Shown here in pieces: positions 63,528-64,000 of a stretch of 64,000 bases of DNA. The translations under genes were made by a program, and so were the position numbers. The notes beneath the pieces are model-generated. The model was not told the origin of the DNA, ran no database searches, and was given only the letters and a program-made list of their open reading frames with translations. This DNA comes from Torpedo marmorata (lineage: Eukaryota), in contig OZ360241.1 in assembly GCA_977017645.1 (NCBI GenBank), positions 20,336,001 to 20,400,000 on the forward strand, given 5' to 3'. Positions within the stretch are counted from its first letter, which is position 1. Each line of letters begins with the position of its first letter.

Positions 63528-64000
63528 TTCCGTCTCCATCTCGGGAGACAAACTCTCGGCAGATGTCTTTTACAAACCCACCAACTCCGACAGTACCTCG
63601 ACTACACCTCTTCACACCCTGTCCATGTAAGGATTCCATTCCTTTCTCTTAATTCCTCTCTCTCCATCACATCTGCTCCCAGAACAAGGTCTTCCATGCC
63701 AGATCATCAGAGATGTCCTCTTTCTTCAAACAACATGGCTTTCTCTCTACCACCATCAACCCGGCCCTCATCCACATATCGTCCATTACCCGCACATCTG
63801 CCCTGCCCTCCTCCGCCCCCATGGACAACAAGGACATGATTCCCCTTGTCCTCACCTACCACCCCACCAGCCTCCGTGTCCAACATATCCTCCTCCGCCA
63901 TTTCTGCCACCTACTACGTGATCCCACCACCAGACACATATTACCCTCTCCTCCCCTCTCCACCTTCCACAGGGACCACTCCCTCCGTGACTCCCTTATC
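63528..64000 (+). mobile_element. Penelope-like RT C-terminal fragment (runs off the window)
   Basis: SISGDKLSADVFYKPT..YLDYTSSHP..KDSIPFS and PLVLTYHP motifs. Confidence 0.8.

Overview
Vertebrate nuclear DNA, not prokaryotic. The repeat content (HE1/V-type tRNA SINEs, CR1, Rex1/Babar-type, L1/Tx1, Penelope-like, Deu-domain SINE) points to a cartilaginous fish (shark or ray; inferred). Most of the window is nested, decayed retroelements. One host gene is unambiguous: a three-exon minus-strand Kruppel-like factor (370 aa; exons 22222-22142, 21979-21124, 20687-20512), most like KLF2, although KLF1 is not excluded. Its promoter carries a TTATATAC-N5-MEF2 element matching the KLF2 flow-response element. 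Other notable items: (1) a full-length 5S rRNA copy lacking its terminator and fused to a tRNA-derived SINE; (2) short fold-back Penelope-tail elements with minimal hammerhead-ribozyme motifs; (3) a Gmr1-like Gypsy element (SCAN-like gag, integrase before RT, tRNA-Pro PBS) plus its solo LTR; (4) a young 72-bp higher-order repeat inside an old ~36-bp minisatellite; (5) two pogo/Tigger-like MITEs; (6) a speculative chain of phase-compatible plus-strand exons converging on the KLF gene. All family assignments come from recalled motifs, not database searches, and boundaries of decayed repeats are approximate.
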